A stretch of DNA of 64,000 bases, from assembly GCF_007352635.1 (NCBI RefSeq), contig NZ_VKLU01000005.1:507940-571939 (forward strand), in the 5' to 3' direction. The DNA comes from Corallococcus sp. Z5C101001 (GTDB lineage: Bacteria; Myxococcota; Myxococcia; Myxococcales; Myxococcaceae). Positions within the stretch are counted from its first letter, which is position 1, and the number at the start of each line of letters is the position of its first letter. The translations under genes and the position numbers were made by a program. A model generated the notes under the pieces. That model saw nothing but the letters and a program-made list of their open reading frames with translations. It did no database searches and was not told where the DNA came from. Below are positions 43,804 through 55,462 of this stretch, one piece after another.

Positions 43804-44811
43804 TCACGGCGCGGGCGCGGTGGCGGTCGTCGCGGGCGCGCGGATGCGCTCGGAGAAGTCATCCCGCCCCTGCGCGGCCAGGGCGCGCGCGTTGATTTCA
43901 TAGCGGCCGCGGACCTGCGACAGCGGCGCGTCCGTGTCGATGATGCCCAGCGAGTAGGCGAGCTCATCCGAGAACGCGGGCATCAACGTACGATGGTCGT
44001 ACGGCACGTTCCGCGTGGCCACCTTCTCGAAGTGGCGCACCAGGTTGGTGGTGCAGTTGCTGGTGAGCGTGTCGTAGAACTCCGGTGCCGCGTGCAGTCC
44101 GTTCATCCGCTGCACCATGTCCATGAAGAACGCGGCGATGCGTTCCCTGGATGCCTTCACGGGATACACATACACGGTGTCGTGTCGGAAGTTGGACCGC
44201 AGCTGCACCAGGTCCCGCTCGTCTCCCACGACGTACGCCAGCTCGAAGCGGCGGAACAGCCCCCCCACCGCGGAGAACGTCTCCCCCTTCTCGCGCCGGA
44301 CCTCCACGGAGAACACCACGCGGCGGCCGTCCTGGAAGCCGAAGCTCACCATGGTGTGCGCCGCGCCGTAGAAGCCGGAGAACGGCTCCACGATGAAGGA
44401 CGCCTCCGTGAGCGCCTCCGTGTCGTAGGTGGCCGTGTACCAGGCGGCATCCCAGTCCGTGGTGCTGCGGTAGCGGAAGTCGCGCACGTCGTGGATCGTC
44501 ACCTGGGAGCCAGCCACCTCCGCCCACGGCGCCCGCGCCAGGTCCGGCGCCCAGTCCCGCGTGTTGGAGGGCCGCACGGTGCGCACCCAGCCGTAGACCA
44601 TCAGACACCCCAGCAGCGCCACCGCCACGCCCCAGCGCCGCGAGCGCCACCGCCACGCGGCCACCGCCGCGCCCAGGAGCAGCCCGGCCAGCAGGGCCCG
44701 CCCCACGTGCGGTCCCTCCGGGCCCGCCCCTGTCAGGGCCAGGGCGAGCGAGGCCCAGCCGCCCCCCACGAGGAGCACGAGGCCCGCGACGGCGTTCTTC
44801 ACGATGCGCAT
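43804..44811 (-). CDS. DUF4105-family membrane protein (Lnb-like lipoprotein N-acyltransferase family)
   Basis: Two N-terminal transmembrane helices. 'WYTATYD...FIVEPFSGFYGAAHTMVSFGF' is DUF4105-like, from memory. Start taken at MRIVKNAV. Confidence 0.55.
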   Translation of the reverse strand: MRIVKNAVAGLVLLVGGGWASLALALTGAGPEGPHVGRALLAGLLLGAAVAAWRWRSRRWGVAVALLGCLMVYGWVRTVRPSNTRDWAPDLARAPWAEVAGSQVTIHDVRDFRYRSTTDWDAAWYTATYDTEALTEASFIVEPFSGFYGAAHTMVSFGFQDGRRVVFSVEVRREKGETFSAVGGLFRRFELAYVVGDERDLVQLRSNFRHDTVYVYPVKASRERIAAFFMDMVQRMNGLHAAPEFYDTLTSNCTTNLVRHFEKVATRNVPYDHRTLMPAFSDELAYSLGIIDTDAPLSQVRGRYEINARALAAQGRDDFSERIRAPATTATAPAP

Positions 44812-44997
44812 GGGGCGGAGTATCCGTGCCGCCCCCCTGCCTGTCACGACCACGGATTCCGGGTGGAACCCCGCCGGGCGGGCAGGCGCGGATCCGCCCT
44901 CGTGGGCAGGGCCGGTGAAGACCGCGTTCGCCTACCTTGACCGCTTTTCCCTGGGTGTGCGACGAAAGGGAGTCCCCAGCTTTCCAGGAGCCAGCCC

Positions 44998-45225
44998 ATG
45001 AGCGACGAGCGCGAAGACACGACCATCTACAAGGTCGTCGTGAACCACGAAGAGCAGTACTCCATCTGGCCCGCGGACCGCGAGAACGCGCTCGGCTGGA
45101 AGGACGCCGGCAAGCAGGGCCTCAAGGCCGAGTGCCTGGAGTACATCAAGGAGGTCTGGACGGACATGCGCCCCCTGAGCCTCCGCAAGAAGATGGAAGA
45201 GGACGCGGCCCGCAACAAGAACTGA
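44998..45225 (+). CDS. MbtH-like protein (orphan, no NRPS gene in this window)
   Basis: '[52 protein letters not shown]' is the canonical MbtH signature (NxExQxSxWP...GW...ECLxYIxxxWTDxRPxSL). Confidence 0.85.
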   Translation: MSDEREDTTIYKVVVNHEEQYSIWPADRENALGWKDAGKQGLKAECLEYIKEVWTDMRPLSLRKKMEEDAARNKN

Positions 45226-45286
45226 AGGCCGCGCCGCCCTTCGCCGTGCCCTCCCCGGTTCACCGGGGAGGGTGGGCCGTCCCCGC

Positions 45287-45973
45287 CTAGAGGTCCGGCG
45301 GAGGCCTGACGCCCAGGTGGCAGGCGCGCAGCGCGAGCTGGGTGCGGTTCTCCGCGCCCAGCTTGCGGTAGAGCTGAGTGACGTGGGACTTCACGGTGCG
45401 CTCGGCGATCTGCAGGTGCGCGGCGATCTTCAGGTTGTCCGCGCCTCCCGCCACGTACGCCAGCACCTCGCGCTCCCGCTGCGTGAGCAGCAGCAGCACG
45501 CTCGCCGTGGGTGACGTCACCGGCGGATGCTCGAAGTCATTGCGGAGCAGCTGCACCGGGAAGAGGCGTTCGCCCCGAACCAGCGACTGGACCGCGGAAG
45601 ACACGGCGTTCACGCCCAGCCCCGCGCGGAAGAGGTAGCCCGAGGCGCCCTCGTCGAAGCACTGGGAGATGACCTCCGGCGTGCTCACCGCGGACAAGAG
45701 CAGCATGCGGACCTCCAGCCGGCGCTTGCGGGCCTCGCGCAGCAGGTTGAGCCCTTCCGTCACGGAGCAGCCAATGGCGGCTTCGCCATCGCTCTCCACG
45801 TCCAGAATCGCCACCTGCGGCGGATCCGTTCCAAGCCCATCCAGGAAGCCGCGCACGTCGCGCGTCACCGAAGTGGAATGACCCTCACCCCGAAGCCCGT
45901 CCGAGAGGCCCTGCCAGGCCGCCCACGGTCCTTCGAGAATCGAAATACGAACTGCGGATTGATTCGCTGCCAT
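45287..45973 (-). CDS. LuxR/FixJ-type regulator with degenerate (pseudo-)receiver domain
   Basis: C-terminal 'LTQREREVLAYVAGGADNLKIAAHLQIAERTVKSHVTQLYRKLG' is a LuxR HTH. The N-terminal receiver-like fold lacks the acidic pair ('ISILEGPW' in place of DD). Confidence 0.7.
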   Translation of the reverse strand: MAANQSAVRISILEGPWAAWQGLSDGLRGEGHSTSVTRDVRGFLDGLGTDPPQVAILDVESDGEAAIGCSVTEGLNLLREARKRRLEVRMLLLSAVSTPEVISQCFDEGASGYLFRAGLGVNAVSSAVQSLVRGERLFPVQLLRNDFEHPPVTSPTASVLLLLTQREREVLAYVAGGADNLKIAAHLQIAERTVKSHVTQLYRKLGAENRTQLALRACHLGVRPPPDL

Positions 45974-46456
45974 GCGATGGCCCCCCAGCCGTCGTGGCGA
46001 ATTGCTTTCAATGCTACCTGTCGACTGCAACCTGCCCTGGAGTCGGTGGAACCGCGGCGGAACTTCCGCCAGTGCTGAGCGTGCGAGAACCGCGCTTCAA
46101 CTCCATCCAGGGTTCTTGTCAGTGCTGCCCCGCGGACTGCGCTTGCGACTGCCGAACTGGCCCGTCCTGGCCGTTCCTCCTTTTACGTTTCAGGCAATTC
46201 CAGCCAACCGAGACCCTAACACCATCCCAAGTCTCTTGCGAACCGACCCTGCCCGGACTGTCAATTGCGCACGAATCGCATCGAAATCCAGGGCCTCGTC
46301 CGTCAGGTCGTGATCGCTGTCGGCCGTGGGACACGCGTCCGGCGTCCACATTTCAATGTTTCGCGTGCTGTTTCGCCCCGCTGCCTTCATGCGGAGGGGA
46401 TGCATGCGGATGGCGCGTCCTGGACGCCAAGGGCGTATGCTGTGCGTCCCACGCGC

Positions 46457-47236
46457 ATGACTCCCTCTGCCCCCGCACCCCATGTCGCCGTCGCCACGCC
46501 CGAGCGGGTGGCTCTCTCCCTGCCCGTGGCCGGTATCGGCTACCGCTGTCTCGCGTGGCTGGTGGACGCAAGCCTGCTGTTCTTTTTCTGGGTGGCGCTC
46601 TACTTCGTCATCACGCTGCTGGTGTCCGACGTGCTGGGCGCGTTCCAGTCCCTGTCGGGGCTCACGCAGACGCTGTTCGCGGTGGGGCTCTTCGCCACGC
46701 AATGGCTGTACTGGACGCTGGCGGAGGTCTTCTTCCATGGACAGACACCGGGCAAACGCGCGCTGAGGATCCGCGTGGTGCGGGAGGATGGCTCGCCCGT
46801 GGGCTTCCTCGAAAGCGCCGTGCGCAACCTCTGCCGCGCAGTGGACTTCCTGCCGGTGCTCTACGCGACCGGCTGCATCACCATGCTGCTGGACGCAAGG
46901 CACCGCCGGTTGGGAGACCTGCTCGCGGGCACCGTGCTGGTGCGCGAGGAGGCCATCGACCTGGACAAGTACACGCGTCCCGCCGCGTCCGAAGCCGCGG
47001 CCCAGGCCATGACGGCCACCGCCGCGCAGCGGCCCCTGGGCGCGGAGGACGTGGAGCTGGTGCTGGCCTTCCTCGCGCGCGCCCCGGGCCTGGCGCCGGA
47101 CGTGCGGCGCCGGCTGGGCGCACGGCTGGTGGACCGCGTGGGAGCCACGCTGACGGACGAGGAGCGCGCCCAGGTGCTCCAGACTCCGGAGGCCCTGGAG
47201 TCCTTCTTGCGCACGCGCGCGCAGGCGGCCCACTGA
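46457..47236 (+). CDS. RDD-family membrane protein
   Basis: 'GYRCLAWLVDASLLFFFWVALYFVI...GQTPGKRALRIRVVREDG...RRLGDLLAGTVLV' is the RDD domain. Alternative start at 46400. Confidence 0.65.
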   Translation: MTPSAPAPHVAVATPERVALSLPVAGIGYRCLAWLVDASLLFFFWVALYFVITLLVSDVLGAFQSLSGLTQTLFAVGLFATQWLYWTLAEVFFHGQTPGKRALRIRVVREDGSPVGFLESAVRNLCRAVDFLPVLYATGCITMLLDARHRRLGDLLAGTVLVREEAIDLDKYTRPAASEAAAQAMTATAAQRPLGAEDVELVLAFLARAPGLAPDVRRRLGARLVDRVGATLTDEERAQVLQTPEALESFLRTRAQAAH

Positions 47237-47237
47237 C

Positions 47238-48248
47238 ATGGCCACGCCCCTGCCCGCCTTCGTCGCCCGGCGCCGCCCGGACTGGGACGCGCTCCAGGCG
47301 CTGCTCGCGCGCCAGCGCGCGGGCCGCTTGCACCTGGAGGAGCTGCGCACGCTGGACACGCTCTACCGGCGCGCGTCCGCGGACCTGGCGCGGGCGCAGA
47401 CGTTCTACCCGGGCACGGACGCGCACCGCTTCCTCAACCAGCTCTGCGGTCAGGCCTACGGCGCCATCTACCAGCCCCCCCGCGAGCGCTGGGCCTCCAC
47501 GCGAGACTTCTTCCTTCGCGACTTCCCGGCCACCCTGCGCCGCGAGGCGCGCTTCGTGGGCGTGAGCGCGGGGATGCTGGTGCTGGGGCTGCTGCTGGGC
47601 GCGCTGGTGGTGACGCTGGAGCCGCGCGGCGCGGAGCTGCTCGTGCCGGAGGGTGTGCGGCGCTACGTGGCGCAGGGGCGCATGTGGACGGATGACATCC
47701 TGTCGGTGGCGCCGCCCAACGCGGTGGCCTCGGGCATCGCCACCAACAACCTCACCGTCACGCTGTTCGCGTTCGCGTCCGGCATCCTGTTGGGCGTGGG
47801 GCCCATCTTCACGCTCGTGAACAACGGGGTGCTCATTGGCGCGGTGGGCGCGCTGTGCTTCCGCGAGGGCATGACGGTGGGCTTCCTGGACTTCATCGCC
47901 GCGCACGGGCCGGTGGAGCTGTCCATCATCGTCATCGCGGGCGGCGCGGGCCTGATGGTGGGCCAGGCGCTCATCGACCCTGGTGAGCTGCCCCGCGCGC
48001 AGGCGCTCCAGGCGCGCGGACGCGAGGCGGTGAAGCTGGTGGTGGGCTGCGCGCCCTTCCTCGCCGGCATCGGCATGGTGGAGGGCTTCATCTCCCCGGG
48101 CCACCTCTTCCCCACCTGGGCGAAGGTGGGGCTGGGCCTGTCGCTGGGAGCGCTCTTCTGGTTCTACCTGCTGCGCGCGGGCAGGACGGACGCGGGCGCC
48201 ACGCGCGACGCGGTGCCGGAGGACAGGGCCTCCAGCCGCTTGCGCTGA
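47238..48248 (+). CDS. SpoIIM-like (DUF95) membrane protein
   Basis: 'NNLTVTLFAFASGILLGVGPIFTLVNNGVLIGAVGALC...AHGPVELSIIVIAGGAGL' is the DUF95/SpoIIM core. Start 2 nt after the RDD gene stop. Confidence 0.65.
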   Translation: MATPLPAFVARRRPDWDALQALLARQRAGRLHLEELRTLDTLYRRASADLARAQTFYPGTDAHRFLNQLCGQAYGAIYQPPRERWASTRDFFLRDFPATLRREARFVGVSAGMLVLGLLLGALVVTLEPRGAELLVPEGVRRYVAQGRMWTDDILSVAPPNAVASGIATNNLTVTLFAFASGILLGVGPIFTLVNNGVLIGAVGALCFREGMTVGFLDFIAAHGPVELSIIVIAGGAGLMVGQALIDPGELPRAQALQARGREAVKLVVGCAPFLAGIGMVEGFISPGHLFPTWAKVGLGLSLGALFWFYLLRAGRTDAGATRDAVPEDRASSRLR

Positions 48249-48679
48249 CGGTGCTTGAGGATGCGCTCGTAGGCGGCGTTCAGCTCGCGCATCTGCTCCG
48301 CGGAGCCGCCCCGGTCCGGGTGCCGCTCCATGGCCAGCGCGTGAAACCGCGCGCGCACCACGTCCGGCGAATCCAGCGGCGAGACGCCCATCGTCTGGTA
48401 CGGGCACTGCTCCTGGACGGCGGTGAGCCACTTGTCCAGCCGGTCCTTCACCTCCACGAAGCGCGCGTCCGCGTCCGCGGTGTCCTTCACCGGGTGCGTG
48501 CGCATCTTCGCGTCCGCGCGGAAGACCTCGCTGTAGGTGCTGGACACCCAGCGGTGGCATGAGCCGCACCGGTAGTACTTCACCCGGCTTCCCGCCTGGA
48601 GCGTCATCATCACGCCGCAGTGGGTGCACTCCACCGTGACATTCTCCAGTGTCTGCCAGCTCGCGACCGCCGCACCCAT
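48164..48679 (-). CDS. DnaJ (J-domain) protein with N-terminal Cys4 zinc ribbon
   Basis: 'CTHCGVMMT...YYRCGSCHRW' zinc ribbon. 'YQTMGVSPLDSPDVVRARFHALAMERHPDRGG' is a J domain with HPD. Its 3' end overlaps the convergent SpoIIM-like gene by about 85 nt. Confidence 0.65.
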   Translation of the reverse strand: MGAAVASWQTLENVTVECTHCGVMMTLQAGSRVKYYRCGSCHRWVSSTYSEVFRADAKMRTHPVKDTADADARFVEVKDRLDKWLTAVQEQCPYQTMGVSPLDSPDVVRARFHALAMERHPDRGGSAEQMRELNAAYERILKHRQRKRLEALSSGTASRVAPASVLPARSR

Positions 48680-48825
48680 GGTCTCTTCGCCCTCCGTTCG
48701 CAACACGCCTGTAGCAGCGGCAACCTCCCACGTCCGGCGATCCCGTCAAGAAAATGTCGCCACCGACCCAGGGGATGGGGGTGCCGTGCTGCCGGGCCTC
48801 CAGGGTTTCGGGTAGAACGAGGCCC

Positions 48826-49386
48826 ATGCGACCGCTCCTCGCCGCCGCCCTGCTCCTGACCGCCGCCGCCCACGCCCAGGCCCCGTCGGCCCCGGCCAGG
48901 GCCGCCTCCCCGAAGGCCGCGCCAGAGAAGGCCGCGCCGGAGAAGGCCGCCCGGCCCCCCACGGAAGCGCCCTCCCCGGACGCCGCCCTCCTGAGGGGCC
49001 TGCTGTGGGCCGCGGAGCCGGCACCGGAGGAGATCCGCACGCTCGCCATCGAGGACCTGGCGCTCCTGGGGGACGCGCGCGCCCTGGACCCGCTGGCCGC
49101 GTACATCTGGGACCCGAACCCGCGCATCCAGCAGGCGGCGCTGCGCGCGGTGGCGCTCTTCCAGCACCGCCGCGCGGAGGAGATCCTGGGCAACGTCGTG
49201 CGCCACCCGCGCCTGCCGGACGCGCTGAAGATCCAGGCGCTGGGGGGCCTGCTCTACCAGCGCACCGCCACCGCGCGCCGGGTCGTGCAGGACGTGGCCG
49301 CGGACAGCCGCCTGGGCTACGCGGTGCAGAACGCCGCGCGCTCGGTGGCGTCTCAGTGGGAAGCCTCCACGGCCCCGGCCCCCTGA
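48826..49386 (+). CDS. Secreted HEAT/PBS-lyase-type repeat protein
   Basis: Signal peptide 'MRPLLAAALLLTAAAHAQA'. 'LALLGDARALDPLAAYIWDPNPRIQQAALRAVA' and similar HEAT-like repeats. Confidence 0.55.
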   Translation: MRPLLAAALLLTAAAHAQAPSAPARAASPKAAPEKAAPEKAARPPTEAPSPDAALLRGLLWAAEPAPEEIRTLAIEDLALLGDARALDPLAAYIWDPNPRIQQAALRAVALFQHRRAEEILGNVVRHPRLPDALKIQALGGLLYQRTATARRVVQDVAADSRLGYAVQNAARSVASQWEASTAPAP

Positions 49387-49500
49387 GGCCCGGCTGCCCG
49401 CCTGCCCGCCCGCCAGGCGCCATGACCCAGGCACCCCGCGCGTCTCCGCCCCCGGGGCCGATTCCTGGAGTGCGCCCGTGTATGGGTTAGACTGGCGCGC

Positions 49501-50028
49501 ATGAAGATCACCCCGCTCGACATCCGGCAGAAGCGCTTCGAGACGGCGATGCGCGGCTTCGCGCGTCCCGAAGTGGGCGCGTACCTGGAGCTGATCGCCG
49601 GCGAGTTCGAGGAGGTGGTGAAGGAGAACATCGCGCTCAAGGAGGAGCTGAAGCGCACGCAGCACAAGCTCGAAACGCACCAGGAGCGCGAGCGCACCCT
49701 CCAGGAGACGATGGTCACCGCCCAGCGCATCAGCGAGGACCTGAAGGACGCCGCGAAGAAGGAAGCGGAGATCATCATCGCGGACGCGGAGCACCAGGCG
49801 GAGAAGATCGTCCACGGCGCGCACCAGCGGCTGGTGCAGGTCGTGGAGGACATCAACGAGCTCAAGCGTCAGCGCACCCAGTTCGAATCGCAGGTGCGCT
49901 CCGTGGTGGAGGCCCACCGCAAGCTGCTGGAGACCTTCGCCGCCCCCACCTTCGCGGACCGCGACTACGCGCGCGTGGAGGACAACGTCTCCTTCCTGTC
50001 GCAGAAGAAGGCCACCTCCAACGACTAG
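49501..50028 (+). CDS. divIVA: DivIVA-domain cell-division protein
   Basis: 'MKITPLDIRQKRFETAMRGFARPEVGAYLELIAGEFEEV' is the DivIVA N-terminal domain, followed by a coiled coil. Confidence 0.85.
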   Translation: MKITPLDIRQKRFETAMRGFARPEVGAYLELIAGEFEEVVKENIALKEELKRTQHKLETHQERERTLQETMVTAQRISEDLKDAAKKEAEIIIADAEHQAEKIVHGAHQRLVQVVEDINELKRQRTQFESQVRSVVEAHRKLLETFAAPTFADRDYARVEDNVSFLSQKKATSND

Positions 50029-50035
50029 CGCCCCG

Positions 50036-50335
50036 GTGCCCGCCCCCTGGCTCAAAGCGCTGCCGGAGGGAGTGGAGCTGACGGTGCTCGTCCAGCCGCG
50101 CGCGTCCCGCACGAAGGTGGTGGGCGAACATGACGGCCAGCTGAAGATTCAGCTCGCCGCGCCCCCGGTGGATGGCGAAGCGAATGCCGCCCTGGTGGAA
50201 TTCATCGCCAAAAGGCTGGGTGTGCCCCGTCGGCAGGTGACACTCACCGCCGGTGACACGTCGCGCCGTAAGCGATTGAGGGTGGAGGGGGTTGATGCGG
50301 CGGCGGTCGAGGCTGTTATCTCTGGTGGACCGTGA
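50036..50335 (+). CDS. YggU/DUF167-family protein
   Basis: 'LTVLVQPRASRTKVVGEHDGQLKIQLAAPPVDGEANAALVEFIAKRLGV' is the DUF167 signature. Confidence 0.75.
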   Translation: MPAPWLKALPEGVELTVLVQPRASRTKVVGEHDGQLKIQLAAPPVDGEANAALVEFIAKRLGVPRRQVTLTAGDTSRRKRLRVEGVDAAAVEAVISGGP

Positions 50336-50343
50336 GGCCACGC

Positions 50344-51621
50344 ATGCTCCGCCTGTTCGCATTCCTGATGATGCTGCTGGCCTCGCCCGGGGTGTTCGCG
50401 CAGGAAGAGGGTCCGCGCGGCATCCACGCCACGGAGGCCGTCGTCACCGACGCCGTGCTCGTGCCCCACGCCCGCCCCGCGCTGGTGGCGGGTGAGCTGC
50501 GCACGCAGCGCTTCGTCATCCTCCACACAGCGAAGGCGGCGGGCGCGGCCCGGGCGCTGGCCGGGCAGATTGAAGGCGTGCGGGATGCCTTCGGCGCGAT
50601 GCTCGGGCGCGACTGGCCGGGCACCACGGAGATCCGCCTGGGCGTGGGCCGGGACGAGTTCGAGGCGCTGGCGCTGCCGGGCGGCAAGCCCCCGGGCTGG
50701 GCGGTGGCGCTCGCGTACCCCGGGCATCAAATCATCCTGCTGGACGCGCTGAGCCTGAGCGACGCGGAAGGCCCCACCACGCTCCGCCACGAGCTGGCGC
50801 ACGTGGCGCTGGGGCAGTTGGCGAAGGACTGGCCGCGCTGGTTCCAGGAGGGCGTGGCGCAGAACCTCACCGACGAGCGCTACTCCGTCGCCCACTACAC
50901 CGCCCTCTTCCGGGCGGTGACGCAGGAGCGCGTCTTCCACTTCGAGGACCTGTCCGACGACTGGCCGGACGTGCCCGCGGACGTGGAGATCGCCTATGCG
51001 CAGAGCGCCGCCTTCGTCGCGTACCTCACCGGGAAGCATGGCCCGCATGCCATGGGGCTGCTGGTGGACGGGGTGCGCGCGGGTGAGCCCTTCGAGCAGG
51101 CCTTCGGCAAGGCGTTCCACTCGTCGCTGCTGCTGGAGGAGCAGGACTGGAGGAACGGGCTCGCGGCGCGCTACGGCTGGCTGCCGCTCACCACCAGCTC
51201 CGCGCTCCTGTGGCTCACCGCCTCCGTCCTGTGCGTGGCCGCCTTCGTGCGCCGGATGCGGCAGAAGGCCGCGCGGATGACGGAGCTGGCCGCCGAGGAC
51301 GCCGCCGAGGACGCCGCGCTGCGCCTGCTCGCCGCGGCCCGCGCCGCGGGGCCGGTGGACGGCGCCGAACCCCTCTCCCCCGCCCTGCCCTGGCCGGAGT
51401 GGCCTGGCGCCACCACGCCCGCGCCGCCCAACCCCTCCGCCGCCCCCGCCCAGCCGGAAGCCCTGGAGGGAGCTCCGGAGGCGCTGGAGTCCGGTTCCGC
51501 CCTGCCAGAAGCCCCGGAGGACCTGGGCGCGGGCGACGAGGAGCCGGAGTCCTCCAGCGGCGAGTACGAGCTGGAAGGCGAGTCCCCGGTGGGCCGTCCG
51601 CCCAAGCCGACGCTCCACTGA
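50344..51621 (+). CDS. Secreted/membrane-anchored MA-clan-like peptidase (HExxH), with TM segment and acidic Pro-rich tail
   Basis: Signal peptide 'MLRLFAFLMMLLASPGVFA'. 'TLRHELAHVALGQL' (HExxH) followed by 'WFQEGVAQ' (Glu). TM helix 'LLWLTASVLCVAAFV'. Confidence 0.6.
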   Translation: MLRLFAFLMMLLASPGVFAQEEGPRGIHATEAVVTDAVLVPHARPALVAGELRTQRFVILHTAKAAGAARALAGQIEGVRDAFGAMLGRDWPGTTEIRLGVGRDEFEALALPGGKPPGWAVALAYPGHQIILLDALSLSDAEGPTTLRHELAHVALGQLAKDWPRWFQEGVAQNLTDERYSVAHYTALFRAVTQERVFHFEDLSDDWPDVPADVEIAYAQSAAFVAYLTGKHGPHAMGLLVDGVRAGEPFEQAFGKAFHSSLLLEEQDWRNGLAARYGWLPLTTSSALLWLTASVLCVAAFVRRMRQKAARMTELAAEDAAEDAALRLLAAARAAGPVDGAEPLSPALPWPEWPGATTPAPPNPSAAPAQPEALEGAPEALESGSALPEAPEDLGAGDEEPESSSGEYELEGESPVGRPPKPTLH

Positions 51622-51773
51622 AGGGCCCGCGCTGCCCAGGCAGGGAAGGTTCTTCCCCCCACCCCCTGGATTTCAACAGCCGCCCCGTAGGATTTACGCA
51701 CTCCGGCCTCCCTCCGGGGCCGCGCCTCTGCCCAAGGGTTTGGATTCACTGGGAACGGGGACACGTCTGGCGT

Positions 51774-51789
51774 TGGCAAAGCCCTTGCT
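51774..51789 (+). promoter_or_regulatory. Sigma-54-like -24/-12 promoter motif (TGGCAAAGCCCTTGCT)
   Basis: GG-N10-GC spacing with TGGCA...TTGC flanks, abutting the annotated ATG at 51790. If functional, the true start is probably the downstream Met at 51823. Confidence 0.25.
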
Positions 51790-52347
51790 ATGTCCCTGCT
51801 CGCGATGCGGACGACAGCGGACATGGCGGCGGAGCGGGGTCGGAAGAAGGCCGGGGCGGCCCGGGTCTTCAGCAAGCAGCCTGAGCGCATCGCGGCGCTG
51901 TGGCGGCGGATGCGTCTGGCGGCGCACGAGGGCCAGGGCGCTCCGGTCGCCAGCCTGCTGGACGGACTGGTGGAGCCCTTCGTCCGGGAGCTGGGACTGA
52001 CGCTGGAAGGCGTGGAGTCCAGCCCGTGGAGCCGCACCCGCGCGGTGCTGCGCCTGGCGCCGGAGCGTGGCGCGCGCGCCCTGCACGACGAGTTCGCGCT
52101 GCTGCGCCGGTGCCTGGTGGACGCCCTGGAGGTCCTGGGCGGAGGGGACGCGGAGCGCCAGCGCATCAACCGCGCGCTGGACGAGGCCGTGGACAGCGCG
52201 GTGGCGCTCCTCCAACGGCTGGCGGACCCGAAGGCGGATGGGCCGCGGGTGCCCTTTGGCGGGTTGGTGGTGGAGTACTTCGAGCGACCGTCCCATGCGC
52301 GCAAGGCCCCGGTGGGCCGTCGCGACGAGCGGTCCGCGATGCACTGA
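51790..52347 (+). CDS. Hypothetical protein
   Basis: 185-aa ORF with no recognised domain. The start may be a downstream Met at 51805 or 51823. Confidence 0.4.
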   Translation: MSLLAMRTTADMAAERGRKKAGAARVFSKQPERIAALWRRMRLAAHEGQGAPVASLLDGLVEPFVRELGLTLEGVESSPWSRTRAVLRLAPERGARALHDEFALLRRCLVDALEVLGGGDAERQRINRALDEAVDSAVALLQRLADPKADGPRVPFGGLVVEYFERPSHARKAPVGRRDERSAMH

Positions 52348-52700
52348 GTGGGATTCCAGCGCGCGGGTGGCGCTGAGGTGATGTCGCAAGGGTTTGCCGA
52401 TCCGTCCGGCTTGACGCTTCTCTCAACAGGAGGGTCCGGGGTCTGGCGGGAGGGTGCGCTGTCGCGGATGGGGGTCCGCGATGCGCCTTGAGGGAGCGTG
52501 CTCCTGCTCGGGGGAGCGGTGAGCGCGCACACAGGTTCGAACGCCGGAACGCGTGGATGGGGGTCCGCGCGCTCCGCCGGTCGGACGGATCGGCATGTTT
52601 TGTCAGGGGGAATTGGGACGGGGGTCGCGGGAGGGCGCCTACGGGGGTGGGCGCTCTCCCGCATGTCTTCGTCCGCGAGGCCTTGGGCCCGCGAGGCGCG

Positions 52701-55403
<2,703 letters not shown>

Positions 55404-55462
55404 CCCCCGTCCCTAGCGCGCCTCCCGGCGCCTGTCCATGAAGCCCGTACCGGCGCTTCAGC

